64,000 nucleotides of DNA from Williopsis jadinii (GCA_024346625.1 AP024664.1:3348001-3412000), one strand, 5' to 3'. Shown: positions 1 through 12,033, counted from the first letter of the stretch. The notes: generated from the letters alone by a model not told the origin. Translations and numbers: made by a program.

Positions 1-54
1 AGACTTGAGAGAAACACTCCCAAGTGTAAGTATATTTTGTAAAACTGGTCCACT

Positions 55-1143
55 TTACATGATAATGGACTCCTTCTCGACATTGCTGGAGACGCTCTTG
101 TGAGGCAAGACCTTGGCACCATTCACGTAAATCTCATCCTTGATCTCAACGTCATCACCCAAGACGGTGACACCTTCCAATCTAGCCCACTTACCAACTG
201 TAGAGTTCCAGCCAACAATTGTCTTCTTAACCCAAGCGTGGTCCTTGATTGTGGAGTTGGCGAGGACAACAGAGTCTTGGATTCTGACACCGTTACCAAT
301 GACAACGTTTGGACCAAGGGTGACGTTTGGACCAACAAGAGCACCTTCACCAATCTTGGCAGTTGGGTCGATGAGAACGTTGCCCTTGATTTGTTCGCCC
401 TCCTCGGCAAGAGACTTGTCGCCCTTCTTCTTCAAGGAGTTCAAGTACAAGGCAGTACCAGCGAGGAAGTCCTTTGGCTGACCAACATCCATCCAGAATC
501 CTTCCAAATCAAAGGAATAAAGGGATCTCTGCTCAACGAGGATTGGGAAGGTTTCCTTCTCGATGGAAGTTGGCTTCATCTCAATCAAGTCAATAACCTC
601 TGGGTTCAAGATGTACAAACCAGCGTTAATTCTGTTACCAACAAACTCGACTGGCTTCTCGACGAATCTGTCAATCAAGTTTGGGGTGGCAATGTCGTGG
701 ACGATGACACCGTACTTGGATGGCTCATCAACCTTTGTGGCGACAATGGTACCCTTACCACCGTGAGCCTTGTGGAACTTAACGAGCTCCTCGAATGGGT
801 ATTCGCAGATGACATCAGAGTTCAAAACGAAGAATGGCGAGTCGTCCTTCTTCAAAACTTCTTCAGCCAATTTCAATGGACCAGCAGTACCCAATGGCTC
901 GGTCTCGACAGAGAACGTGATGTTCACACCGTACTCCTTTTCGTACTTCTTCAAGGTGTTGACCATAACCTCTGGTCTGTAGTTGACGGCAAGGACGATG
1001 TCGGTAACACCAGCCTTAGCAAGAGCCTCAATTTGATGGAGGATCATTGGCTTGTTGGCAAACTCAACCAATGGCTTTGGAACAGTGAGGGTCAATGGTC
1101 TCAAACGAGTACCGTAACCACCGACAAGAATCAAACCTTTCAT
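55..1143 (-). CDS. PSA1: Mannose-1-phosphate guanylyltransferase (GDP-mannose pyrophosphorylase)
   Basis: 362-aa ORF with N-terminal [19 protein letters not shown] nucleotidyltransferase motif, [10 protein letters not shown] and C-terminal hexapeptide repeats; strong codon bias. Confidence 0.97.
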   Translation of the reverse strand: MKGLILVGGYGTRLRPLTLTVPKPLVEFANKPMILHQIEALAKAGVTDIVLAVNYRPEVMVNTLKKYEKEYGVNITFSVETEPLGTAGPLKLAEEVLKKDDSPFFVLNSDVICEYPFEELVKFHKAHGGKGTIVATKVDEPSKYGVIVHDIATPNLIDRFVEKPVEFVGNRINAGLYILNPEVIDLIEMKPTSIEKETFPILVEQRSLYSFDLEGFWMDVGQPKDFLAGTALYLNSLKKKGDKSLAEEGEQIKGNVLIDPTAKIGEGALVGPNVTLGPNVVIGNGVRIQDSVVLANSTIKDHAWVKKTIVGWNSTVGKWARLEGVTVLGDDVEIKDEIYVNGAKVLPHKSVSSNVEKESIIM

Positions 1144-4100
1144 TATGTATGTATGTGAATGTGTGCTGTGCTAAGGTGTGATACCTAAATGCAATTAAAT
1201 GGCTTCAACCTCAAAGAACGTGTCAAGAGCTCTTAAATTAAGGAGCAAAAATCGAGGATTTGTTATGATTTTTATACTCTCGAGCATCCACGTTCGACGT
1301 GTTTTTTTTTGTGTTCGTCCTGCTTTCGCACAATTTTTCGTCGCGACGCATCACATCGAAAATGTCCCAGAGGGAAATGTCCGTGTGTTTTGGTTGTCCT
1401 TTCTTTTTTTGTCCGAGACAAGGCAGTTGGGCTTGGAGAGTCGTAGCTTCACCGGTGAAATTCTCACATCCTCCCACCCTCTCTTGCTTCCACTCTTTTG
1501 GCGTTCTGGGCCCTGGAGGTGTGGGAATACACGGTCCACCCTGTGGCCCAAATGCTGTATAAAGTGACCCCGTTATTATCCAGCACTGAGGCGGTCTCTG
1601 TAGTGATGTTCACGAAGGTCTGATAAATTATTGAGTATCGTGTAAATGTCTTGTCTGTAACTGTTCAACCCACGACCTGCAGCGCTTCCTCCCACATGAA
1701 CAACCACGGTGGCCTTTTTCATCTCAAGCGTTTGGATCGCGCTGGCATGGCTTGCAATGGCCAATTCTACAACTACATGTGGTGTGTCGTAAATGGTAGC
1801 CACGTACATTTGTGGCAGTTGGTGGGTGCTGCTACACTATGTCTGGGCATACGCTTTGGCAAACCGTCGAAGCTTCAGGCGGTGAGAACTCCATGGACCG
1901 TTCGCATTTGATCTGGTAATTTACAGCTCGATCTGTGGGCCTGTTGAGGTGCGTAGAGAGAGTGGTACTATAATCCAATTGGTCCTCAGTCAACCATAGC
2001 CAAATATAACAGACAACACTGCAGATCGACTCGCCAATGAAGTCCATCGGGAACACTGTTTGGCGTTCGAGTGGTGTTGTGTCCAATTTGTCTAGATTCT
2101 CTCTGTTTTTGCTAGACTGATAGCCGCTCTTGTCCATTTTGAGACGTTGGTGAAACTTCGTTGCGCAGTGCGTCATATGTCGAGAGACCGCGTGAGGCTG
2201 GCAGCCTAAAGTTCAACAATACATACCAACGTAGTGTACACCTGGTGCGAATGTTCACTATCCACGTAGCGTTGATAGCAGGCTAAGACGTTCACATAAC
2301 GTTGATAACAGGCCAAGACGTCAACTTCGTGTGTGCTGTGTTATGGGAGCCAAGTCCCGCTCCTGGACTATGAAGCGATGATGATGCCAGCCCCAAGATG
2401 TTGTGTCCGAAGCTGTTCTACACGTTGGCGAAGTTGGTAGGCGCGCGCTAAAACCCAAATCAAGGTACCATCGTTGTTTAGCCTGCTTACATGTTATTAA
2501 CATAGATTTGAATTAAGGTCCAAGATGAACAAATATGCAGAGCTGAGCGTGTCCTAGTTGCTGGAAATGGATATGGAGTGTGAACTTGTAATTGGGTTTC
2601 TATCACACTTGTTTCGCATGAAATCAGCCTATTCTGTTTGGATAAAGCTTTAAGTACACCGTGAGTTGGGCTCTTGTCTCGACTCTCTCACATCGTGGTC
2701 TGCTGTATAGCGTAACCAAACTGCGATAATGACACAATTCAATGTATCTGTGTTAAAACTCTTCAATTCTTGTGATATGGGTTTTATTGTGGTGGGACTA
2801 TCAGAGAGGGAACGCCCGTTTGTTAGCCGGGAACTATCCCAGTGTCCTGGTTCGCTCTATCGGTATCATGGACATTTCAAAAGTGTACTTGCCCTATAGC
2901 CATTGTGTCATAGTTGAAGTAGTAAGCTAGGTGATTTGCACCTCCGTGACAACGTCTTCCTGTGGTTCTAAGCCCCAGTGAACCATGGAAGGTAGTTAGA
3001 ATTATACAATCCGTGGTATACAAGATCCATCTGTATTTTTACGAGAGCCATAGAGTGTATAACCGTTTATTTGAATAGTTATCACCTAAAACGGCGTATC
3101 ACTGTAGTATTTCAATTCATAGTATCGATACGCTTTACTATTTGGGAATCACAATAGCCTGATTCCCAAGCAATCTGTTTACAGTACGTTATACGCGTCA
3201 TCAACATGAACATTAACATCGCGTCGCCCTGTCAACCACATGCATTTACGCTGCTGCCGCGAATCGAAAATTATAAGTGTGATACTATTAATGTACCTGT
3301 GTAGCGTGTAGCTTCAATTGATTATGTTGTATGATTGTATATTGAAGTGATCTCTGTTAAAGAGAGAGAAATGAACCACTTACAATCAATTCAGTGTGAA
3401 TTTTGCACCAAAGATCATATCTCTTAACGCCATTATTCTCATCTTAAGAAATGTACTTGCAAAATTTTTGGATAATATTACCTTGAGATCTTACTTAAGA
3501 AAAATCACTTTAGGAATATTTTGATGCTTAATATTTTTGAAATGTAAATAAGACGTAATCATTCTAACCATTTATTACTATAATATTCAATTCATAAATA
3601 TTGTTCAATTGTACAGCTGTGATGTTTTCAGTATTTCTGAAAAATCAATTCTAATGATAAGGGTTTATATTAGAGTTACGCATTCCTTCTCCATCATTAT
3701 AACCAGTTCAATATGCGTCAACGCTTTCCCATTCAAATTCTTATAAAATATGAAATGATTCTAACGGTGCACATATTTAGCTTACATACTAGCAATAATG
3801 CACAAATTGTAACTACAAGTGACTTTAATGGTGTAAAACCAGAATTCGAATAACTGGCATTTATTAACGTCAACATCAATCATGAGGTTTAGTCCAACAT
3901 CGGGGAATAAATCAAAGCTTGAGCATTTGCACTGCACACAGGAGGTTTCATACATGCATTTGATAGCTTGATAGAGAGAGTTATAGGACCACTTTGCCAG
4001 TACTGACTCTCTGAGATCAAGCAGCTCGTACACTGCTTTATCTTGTACTTTTTGGACATGTGAACAGAGATTGACATCCGTCAAAATCAATATCATCAGA

Positions 4101-4175
4101 TACGTACCGTAGTACGTCAACTTTCAGGTTCATATTAAGACTTCATTAATCACCAAACAATACCAAACTGACCAA

Positions 4176-4886
4176 TCACCTTTGATTTCTCTTAAGGTTG
4201 GATAGAACAGTTCTCATAGTCACATATGCGAGATGAAGCTTTCCCAAATAATGGTCACTTAATCGTTTATCACTATCCAATCTGGACAGATAAGCACCAC
4301 ATACCTCACAAACCTGTAGTTTCTGTTGTTGACTTTGTCCAGCGTTCTCAGTAACATCTCTCAGCCTTCTTATATAAAATTCTCTCTTGACATTCATTTC
4401 TTGTAGTTTGATGCCTTGTTCTATAGATTTTGTGACCTCGCCAAGGTCAACAAGTTTACTGAACTCACGTTCCATGATGTTTATTCTTGAATCAATCTCT
4501 TCCAATTCTCTAGCAGCTTCACTTATTTTTGCCCGCTCTTCAGGTGCTGGTTCCAATCTTTTAAGCGCAATGTCAATTTTCCGATTGCAATCAACAATGA
4601 ACCTATTAAGAACACCAATTGCTTCCGATTGGAACTCAGGGAATTCCTTGCCCTCAGCAAGTTGTTTCTTATACTCGATCTTATGTTTTTCCAGATGTAT
4701 CTTATTACAACGCCCCATTTCTTGTTTGGTTCCATTGAAAAGGTCGTATGGACATACATTCATCAGGAACAGTTTGCACACCTTAGGATCATGGATACCA
4801 TAGTCACGCTGTTGACGAGATGGACGAATGAGAGCATCACGTCCAATAAGCTGTTCCAATAGTTGTCTCTGTTCGTATCTGGCCAT
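4176..4886 (-). CDS. LUC7: U1 snRNP protein Luc7
   Basis: Two LUC7 zinc fingers (VCKLFLMNVCPYDLF...C...H and QKLQVCEVCGAYLS...DHYLGKLH). Confidence 0.93.
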   Translation of the reverse strand: MARYEQRQLLEQLIGRDALIRPSRQQRDYGIHDPKVCKLFLMNVCPYDLFNGTKQEMGRCNKIHLEKHKIEYKKQLAEGKEFPEFQSEAIGVLNRFIVDCNRKIDIALKRLEPAPEERAKISEAARELEEIDSRINIMEREFSKLVDLGEVTKSIEQGIKLQEMNVKREFYIRRLRDVTENAGQSQQQKLQVCEVCGAYLSRLDSDKRLSDHYLGKLHLAYVTMRTVLSNLKRNQR

Positions 4887-5079
4887 TGGTTATTCTTTAA
4901 CTTATCTAAACAGGAGTTGGATAGAATGAAGTAAAAAAATTCCGATCGAAAAATTCCAATAATTCCGATTTCTATGAATTTTCTGTGCGATGGACAGTTT
5001 CGCCCATTTTCCACACCTTCAAGAACAGAAAAGAGGAACAGGAAACAGGAATAGACACTCAATTGAGGCATTAGGAACC

Positions 5080-5622
5080 ATGAGTGAGAACCTGAAGTTT
5101 GTATGGAAAGTATTCAGCTATGCTTTACGTGGAGGTTGTGCTCTCCATGTTGTTCAGTCACACTTCTACGAATTCACAGAGACCAGAGGTGAGTCAATGC
5201 TCCCCACGCTCGCTGCAAACGGTGACTTTGTTCACTCTTTAAAGAAGTACAGATTGGGAAGAGGCATCCAGAATGGTGACTGTATTGTTGCGTTGAAACC
5301 TACAGATCCTGACCAAAGGGTTTGTAAGAGAATAACTGGGATGCCAGGCGATGTAATTCTTATTGATCCAAGCATGGAGGATAAACATGATCCTTCTGCA
5401 AGCTTCAACAAGTACATCAAGGTACCTAAGGGACACGTATGGGTTACCGGTGATAACTTAGCACATTCACTAGACTCTAGAACATACAACTCCTTACCAT
5501 TGGCATTGATAAAGGGTAAAATTGTTGCAGCTAATGACTTCAATGAACCATTTTGGGGCGGTTCCAAGGGTAACTTTTGGGGGTTCAGATTCATCGAAAA
5601 CAACTATGTGGATGAGGATTGA
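5080..5622 (+). CDS. IMP1: Mitochondrial inner membrane peptidase subunit 1
   Basis: S26 peptidase motifs GESMLPTL, VCKRITGMPGD, VWVTGDN, SLDSRTY; start taken at MSENLK (5080). Confidence 0.93.
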   Translation: MSENLKFVWKVFSYALRGGCALHVVQSHFYEFTETRGESMLPTLAANGDFVHSLKKYRLGRGIQNGDCIVALKPTDPDQRVCKRITGMPGDVILIDPSMEDKHDPSASFNKYIKVPKGHVWVTGDNLAHSLDSRTYNSLPLALIKGKIVAANDFNEPFWGGSKGNFWGFRFIENNYVDED

Positions 5623-5632
5623 ATATCAAATA

Positions 5633-6624
5633 TCAAGCCCTTGAAGATGGACCTACAGTGCTGTGCGAGTCCATTGCTTCGTCCATACCACTCATGCGTC
5701 TGACGAACAGCGTAATTGGCCAAGGAGTAGCTCTGAACAACGGGAGAAAGTGCCCGTATAAGGGAAGCTGAAGCTCACCACGTCGACCACATTTCAAAGC
5801 TCTCACAATCTTTTGTGCCACGTATGAAGGCTCAAGCTCTGGCGCAAAGATCGATGATGGTGTATTTACACCGTTGAACAAAGTGGTTCTCATCTGACCT
5901 GGGGCGACTAGCAACGTCTTTATCCCAGTAGAGGAACCCATAGTCCGGGATAGCTCATATGTCAAGGACTCGTGGAGCGCAATTGTTCCTGATTTGGCTG
6001 CTCCATATGCACCTGAATGACGAGTATTTATTAGTAACTCAGGAGCGCTCTCGGGAACGAAGAGACAAAGAAAAAGGTGGTTTACTCACTGAGCCTTGCT
6101 GGTGTCATGTACCCCAATACCGAAGACACGGTAACGATGTACCCTCTTTGCAACAGCACCATATCAGGGAGGAATGTTTTGTTGATATAGAAGTTGGATG
6201 TCAAATTGACGGCAATGATCTTTTCAATTTCTCCAAAGGATAACTCCAAGAGCGTCTTACCGGATGTAATGCCAGCATTGTTTATCACAACCGTCACAAT
6301 GCCAACTTCTCTCTTAACAATGGCGGCCAACGCTTGGATGCTGTTGACATCGCTAACGTCGCACGAGTAATAGTGGACCTCTGGAAACCTCTCCTCATCT
6401 GGCGGTATGTGAAGGTCAAATACGACGACTTTTGGGTGCTTACACCTCTTGAGGTCTCTCACGATCTCACGTCCAAGTCCAGAACAGCCGCCAGTGACTA
6501 ATACAACATCACTGTGCCTTTCCAAGACGGTGCCGATGACCGAATCAGCCATAAAGTTTATAGCCCAGTTTGTCCTGACGATGGCGTTTCTGATTTGGAT
6601 TTGTAGATATCTCTTGAAGTACAT
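5633..6624 (-). CDS. Short-chain dehydrogenase/reductase (YDL114W/TDA5-like); two exons, intron 6013-6089
   Basis: TGGCSGLG and NNAG motifs. A GTGAGT donor, TACTAAT branch point and CAG acceptor join the two ORFs and restore the catalytic YxxxK motif (LSAYGAAKS). Confidence 0.88.
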
Positions 6625-6926
6625 GATGGCTGACGGCGTGAATGAACTGTGGGAGGAGTTGGTGTCTTCCACTTTGTGTAGGAATTGTGTTTGGATTTGC
6701 AAGATCTATCAGCTTGTAGCATTTGTTGATTAAGGTTGATGCGTACGTTTGTGTTGTTGTTCTCAACTCTGTTCCTGTGGTTACCGATCTGCATCACCAA
6801 AATCTAAACTAAGCAAAGAAAAACAAAACAAAACTGCAATTGAGAGGGGGTCCTTCTACGATGAGGGGGGTTTCCTACTGAATGACAACGGTATAGGCAG
6901 CGGAGGGAGAGTACAACAACGGAAAG

Positions 6927-8080
6927 ATGACTAGAGATTTACCAGATATTGTGAGGATAAAGAGAAAAAGACATCAGGATTCTCTCCAAGCACTGAGTAA
7001 GTGGGCCGCTAACTGTTCTCATGTCTCTTAACTAACAACCATCAATAGTTTTGGAAGCTCCGAGGAACAAGAGGATCAAAGATGAGGCATATGGTAAGCA
7101 GATCGTTGTTTGATATTTGATCTCAAGATGCTAACGTTGGAAAGTATTCAAACTGCAAAGAACAGAAAAAGAGATAGGATCACTTTCAACAGATGGTACG
7201 GAGGCATTGCCCCTACTTCAACAGTCAAGTCACAAGGATGTATGTTTCTTTCACGCTTTATGTCTTGGAAGAGCTAATACTAACTCTCAATTGATACAGG
7301 ATAAGAATAATACTTACGTGATTCCCAAAGAACATCATACTGAGGAGCTTCCCGAGGAGTTGAATGAAATGCTCAGTTCAATCTTGGTATCAGACCCAGC
7401 AGAGGCGGAAACGAAACCATTGAAGAAGAGAAAACAGAGAAATACAGCGGGGTCCTTCTTATCTAAAGAGACTGTTGATTTGGAGTACGTCTATGATGTT
7501 TATTACAGGGATAAGGCCGTTGCAGAGTCTTGGGAAACGGATAAAGTGGGATATATGTAAGTTTTTCTTGTAAAGCAAATCTGGGACATCATCACTAACG
7601 GTTATTACTTTTGATAGCAAATTTGAAGAAGATTATGAAGATATCATCAACGATGATGATTCCGAGAAGCATGTATCTGATGACGAAGATTCAAATGCCG
7701 AAGACTTTTACAAAAATGACTATCCAGAGGATGAAGACGACCATACCATTGATATCGATAGTTCCGATGCTGAACTTGAACAATTGACAGAGTCTTTACA
7801 TAAAGAGGCCTCTGTAAAATCGCCAAAGTTACAAGAGGGGTTTGATGAACTCTACGATGAATTTTATGACGATATCAACGGTGACTCCAACGCTGACTTC
7901 CTCGCATCTTTGAACCAGGATGATGAAGGAGAAGATGATGATGCCATGGAGTACGAATCGGATGAAAGTGAACAATATAAACGTCAAAACTTCTTCCCAG
8001 ACGAAGAGGATGATGAGTTGGCAAAGCACAGAGATAAGATCTTTGGTAAACTGCAAAAAATGATTAATGAACACAACTAA
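6927..8080 (+). CDS. IWR1: RNA polymerase II nuclear import factor Iwr1; five exons (introns 6997-7048, 7094-7144, 7240-7299, 7557-7617)
   Basis: Spliced reading gives IVRIKRKR...DSLQAL, VFKLQRT, YVYDVYY and SDDEDSNAEDFYKNDYPEDE; each intron has GT..AG ends and a CTAAC branch. Confidence 0.88.
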
Positions 8081-8105
8081 GATCTTGATCGATCTTACAT
8101 TTGTC

Positions 8106-8162
8106 TCAGGGCTACACACATATATATCACGTGATTGTAGAATAGGGCTCCGGCGCCCGGAG
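8106..8162. promoter_or_regulatory. RPL9 upstream elements: Cbf1-type E-box with two Tbf1-like AGGGCT motifs
   Basis: ATCACGTGAT at 8126-8135, TCAGGGCTA at 8106-8114, ATAGGGCTC at 8142-8150; RRPE-like TGAAAAATT near 8229. Confidence 0.45.
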
Positions 8163-8306
8163 TTTTTTTTTAGTTGATGTTCGGATGTATGAAAATTATC
8201 ACCATCTCCTCTGCTCGGTGTGGGAGGTGAAAAATTCAACCAAGCATCACCAACGGGAGCCCATTTTTCTTTGAAGTGCTAATAGAAGAGGAACTCCAGA
8301 CACACA

Positions 8307-8882
8307 ATGAAGTACATCAGAACCGACCAATCTTTGGCTATCCCAGAGGGTGTTAAAGTCCAAATCAAGTCCAGACTCGTCACCGTTACTGGTCCAAGAG
8401 GTACCCTCTCTAAGAACTTGAGACACATTGATGTTACTTTCACCAAGGTCTCTAACAAGGAGATCAAGATCACTGTCCACAACGGTGACAGAAAGCACGT
8501 TGCTGCTTTGAGAACCGTCAAGTCTTTGATCGCCAACTTGATCACCGGTGTTACCAAGGGTTACAAGTACAAGATGAGATACGTCTATGCGCATTTCCCA
8601 ATCAACGTCAACACTATTGAGAAGGATGGTGACAAGTACATTGAGATCAGAAACTTCTTGGGTGACAAGCAAGTTAGATTGGTCAAGGTCAGAGAAGGTG
8701 TCGATGTTGAGTTCTCCACCAACCAAAAGGATGAGATTGTTCTTTCCGGTAACTCTGTCGAGGATGTTTCCCAAACCTGTGCTGATGTTCAACAAATCTG
8801 TCGTGTTAGAAACAAAGATATCAGAAAGTTCTTGGATGGTATCTACGTTTCTGAGAAGGGTACCATTGTTGAGGATGACTAA
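8307..8882 (+). CDS. RPL9: 60S ribosomal protein L9 (uL6)
   Basis: YKYKMRYVYAHFPIN and KDIRKFLDGIYVS motifs; strong codon bias; no intron. Confidence 0.98.
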   Translation: MKYIRTDQSLAIPEGVKVQIKSRLVTVTGPRGTLSKNLRHIDVTFTKVSNKEIKITVHNGDRKHVAALRTVKSLIANLITGVTKGYKYKMRYVYAHFPINVNTIEKDGDKYIEIRNFLGDKQVRLVKVREGVDVEFSTNQKDEIVLSGNSVEDVSQTCADVQQICRVRNKDIRKFLDGIYVSEKGTIVEDD

Positions 8883-8998
8883 ACGTTGTTTTCTTGAAGC
8901 ATGATCACTTTAAAAACAAAATAATGTATAATGATACAGGAACCTGAAAAACGGCACCCGTAGTTCATGGATTAATTGCGATCCATTAAATCTAGCTA

Positions 8999-9700
8999 TC
9001 ATGTAAAGAACTCTTCTGGAGTTTGGAATTGTAAACCACAGTTTTCAGCAAATTGCTTATCACTATCGCTAAAGTCCCCTTTTCTCCCTGCAGCATCACC
9101 TACAAAGACACTAACACTTCTATCGACCGAATCCAGCTCTTTTAAGAGTTGATTGAACATTCCTGTGCGTGGTTTCCTCATCTCTTCAAACATGTGTGCA
9201 TTTGGACCTTGATATTTGGCACTCTTCTTTGGGCTTGCAAATATCCACAATTTACCCATATCCAAACCTTTCTTCTCCAGTTCTTGTAATATCAGCTTGA
9301 TCTTCGAAGTGAAATTGACATAAGACTTTGCTGTTTTCTGCCCAACAACTGCTCCTTGATTGGTGAATATCACAATTGGTGTTTGCAACTCCAACAACTT
9401 TGGTACGACTTTATCGTTAAACCATTTCCAATCCGTTGGACCTCTCGAGAACTTTGAGCCAGATTTGGTATCTATAAGGGTTCCATCCAAGTCAAATGCA
9501 GTGATTTGAGCTGCTTTATCCACAGCCGGTTTCTTTGAAGGATGTATTTTTATGAGGTATTCATCCACCAATGTTATTCTATGGGTCTGTGATAGTGAAG
9601 TTGTTAGATCCTTGCTCAATTGAGGCACAACTTTACTATTAACCTTCAAGGGAGCCACAGACTTTGACTTCGTAATCATAGAGAGTACACCCTGTTTCAT
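8999..9700 (-). CDS. TPP1: DNA/polynucleotide 3'-phosphatase (HAD family)
   Basis: FDLDGTLI, FTNQG, RKPRTGM and FVGDAAGR...DFSDSD motifs. Confidence 0.9.
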   Translation of the reverse strand: MKQGVLSMITKSKSVAPLKVNSKVVPQLSKDLTTSLSQTHRITLVDEYLIKIHPSKKPAVDKAAQITAFDLDGTLIDTKSGSKFSRGPTDWKWFNDKVVPKLLELQTPIVIFTNQGAVVGQKTAKSYVNFTSKIKLILQELEKKGLDMGKLWIFASPKKSAKYQGPNAHMFEEMRKPRTGMFNQLLKELDSVDRSVSVFVGDAAGRKGDFSDSDKQFAENCGLQFQTPEEFFT

Positions 9701-9849
9701 AGCTCTGAGTCACTGTATTATAATTGTTGTTGTTGATGATGATGAGATGGGTTTCGGGGTAAGCAAAAAATCTCATCCACTAAAAATTGCTTGATGTTTA
9801 CATCATCTCCGAAAGAGACACAGACTAATAGCAAATTACCAACAACGAG

Positions 9850-10395
9850 ATGTCACAGCAGGGATCCTTTGGCAGAAGAACATGGGACAGAAATGAGTAT
9901 GAGCGTATGGCTCATGAAAGGCACAAACAGGAACATCAAAGCCATCAACGGCAAACTGGAAAGTCCAGGGCTAAGATCATTGATAGAGCCAAGTTGAACT
10001 TTGAATCTAATCTGAACAAGAGACAAGTCATCACGGGCCAGGTTGGTGGTATGAGAGGTGAAGGTGTTGGTTTCAGATGTGAACTATGCGATCTAAGGTT
10101 CAAGGACAACCTGAAGTTTGCGGATCATTTGAACAGTCCTCAACATATGATGAACAGTGGTGAGAAGATGGTTGAGCCTGCAACGCTGGAACAAGTTAAG
10201 GCTGTCTATGAAGAGCTTGTAAGGAGGAAGACTTCCAATAACGACACTCAGAATACACCAGGAGCCACTGACACAAATGACTCCCACGATGAAGATGCCC
10301 TTAGGACAAAGAGAGCGCAGAATCACCCAATTGCAAAGGACGATGACATGTCCAAGGCCTTGGGTTTCAATACATTTGGAAGTACGAAAAGGTGA
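9850..10395 (+). CDS. SNU23: U4/U6.U5 snRNP zinc-finger protein Snu23
   Basis: FGRRTWDR N-terminus, matrin-type zinc finger GFRCELC...DHLNSPQH, C-terminal LGFNTFGST. Confidence 0.88.
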   Translation: MSQQGSFGRRTWDRNEYERMAHERHKQEHQSHQRQTGKSRAKIIDRAKLNFESNLNKRQVITGQVGGMRGEGVGFRCELCDLRFKDNLKFADHLNSPQHMMNSGEKMVEPATLEQVKAVYEELVRRKTSNNDTQNTPGATDTNDSHDEDALRTKRAQNHPIAKDDDMSKALGFNTFGSTKR

Positions 10396-10471
10396 ATCAA
10401 ACAGGATGTATTATTTACAAGGTTTATGTATATAAAAGGAGATGTGCTATATATAACAGGAGCCAACATGC

Positions 10472-11176
10472 TCATTCAAACACAGTCTTTAATTCAGAGA
10501 TCGAAGAGATATCTTTAACTTTATCAACCGTCTTGTAATACTTGACCAAATCGTCAATTCCCTGCGCATTTAAAGATATGAGCTTCTTCACAGTAACCAC
10601 TTTATCTTCAAACTGTGTGGATTCCTTGATGTCAGTTGGGAAGTTCAGCACCAGGTACTTACCATCGGGATGGCTCTCCAAGTACTTCAGGATGAGATCG
10701 ATCACAACACCTCTTGGTATGTCCCTGAGCTCAGGGTCGTTCAACAGGGCATAGAATTTGGACGAGTCATCGTCCTTCTCGGCCTGTACCAGCTCCTTTG
10801 GGTCTATCACAGTCACGTTGTCCAGTTTCACGTCGTCAGCGCTCAATGGCTTATCACTCTTCAACAGGTACACTTGTTTATGCGCATCCGTGAAACGGGC
10901 AACTTTACGCTTCAGTCTCTGCTGCTGTCTGTAGTATTCAGCCTCGGACATCGAGCGTGGTCTTGGCTTCTCCTTCAACACCGCATCCACAACCTGTGTG
11001 AGGATGATCGATGCAAAGATGCCCACGGTAATGAATCCCTTCAGGTTGATCTTGTTGTCACTGCTGGACTTTGACGCGTAGCATCTCGCCGGAACTCGAG
11101 GAAAACTCGTAAACTGTGGTCTAATTCCACTTCTCAGCCCAAGTACTCGAGAACTAAGCCTTTTCACACCAAACAT
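10472..11176 (-). CDS. AIM36: Mitochondrial membrane protein Aim36/Fmp39-like
   Basis: Presequence-like N-terminus, one TM segment, SEAEY...RLKRK and DDLVKYYKTV motifs; divergent from MRPS8 as recalled in S. cerevisiae. Confidence 0.72.
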   Translation of the reverse strand: MFGVKRLSSRVLGLRSGIRPQFTSFPRVPARCYASKSSSDNKINLKGFITVGIFASIILTQVVDAVLKEKPRPRSMSEAEYYRQQQRLKRKVARFTDAHKQVYLLKSDKPLSADDVKLDNVTVIDPKELVQAEKDDDSSKFYALLNDPELRDIPRGVVIDLILKYLESHPDGKYLVLNFPTDIKESTQFEDKVVTVKKLISLNAQGIDDLVKYYKTVDKVKDISSISELKTVFE

Positions 11177-11459
11177 TGCTACAAAATAGGCGCTGTTTCG
11201 TCCAATTGTGAACAGGGAGTAAGTCATCCCATCACAGCTGATGAAATTTTCCCGCTAGGGAAAAGTTGCACCAGCCTACAAAAACCGAAAGCCCGCGCTC
11301 TGAGTTTTGTGGGCCACAAAGCCAGAAGGAGAGGAAGGAAAAAAAATAGCCGCCAGAGAGAAAAAATCACAAAACGTTCAACAGCACCAGCAAAGCAGCT
11401 TCGAGGCCAAATCGCTCGCTACGCAGGGATTCCAACAGAACAAACAGTACAGCGGGAAG

Positions 11460-11927
11460 ATGTCACTTGTTAAGCTTGCCAACGTTGCTGCTCACTTGCA
11501 AAACGTCACGAGGGTCCATCTGAGTAGAACCTCGATCCCATACACAAGGCTACATCTCCAAGTTGCCTCACATCTGTACAAGCAAGGATTCATCACTTCC
11601 ATACAGAGAGGGTCGCTCACGGGGCCAGACGCTACGCCAGTGGAGGTGACGCCTGACAACATCTCGACCAGAAGACTGTGGCTTGGGCTGAAGTACAGGG
11701 ACTCTAAGTCTGTGATTTCCAAGTTCCAGCTTGTGTCGAAGCCAAGTTGTAGAATCAAGGTGTCTCCCGAGCAGATGAAGGAGCTGGCCAATGGTAAGTC
11801 TGTTAGACAGATTAGACCTATCCAGCCTTCTGAGCTTGTGCTGGTGAAGACGGGCAACGAGATCCTCGAGCTTGGTGAAGCTGCTGCTCAGCACAAGGGC
11901 GGTGAGGTTTTATGCCGTATCATTTAA
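11460..11927 (+). CDS. MRPS8: Mitochondrial ribosomal protein S8 (uS8m)
   Basis: MSLVKLANVAAHLQN, TPDNISTRRLWLGLKYR and GGEVLCR motifs. Confidence 0.94.
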   Translation: MSLVKLANVAAHLQNVTRVHLSRTSIPYTRLHLQVASHLYKQGFITSIQRGSLTGPDATPVEVTPDNISTRRLWLGLKYRDSKSVISKFQLVSKPSCRIKVSPEQMKELANGKSVRQIRPIQPSELVLVKTGNEILELGEAAAQHKGGEVLCRII

Positions 11928-12033
11928 GGGAGAGAAGCCAGCTACAGTTTATAGCCGAATTTATTCACTTGTATATATATATATAGACAAGGCATCTTGT
12001 TGTTAGCATTGATCCAGTGTAGTGCAACTGACC

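Noticed and set aside
100..1158. 352-aa ORF antisense to PSA1 (similar ones lie opposite RPL9, URA7, BUG1 and GET3)
   Set aside because: Mirror-frame artefacts of codon bias in the real gene; no recognisable motifs
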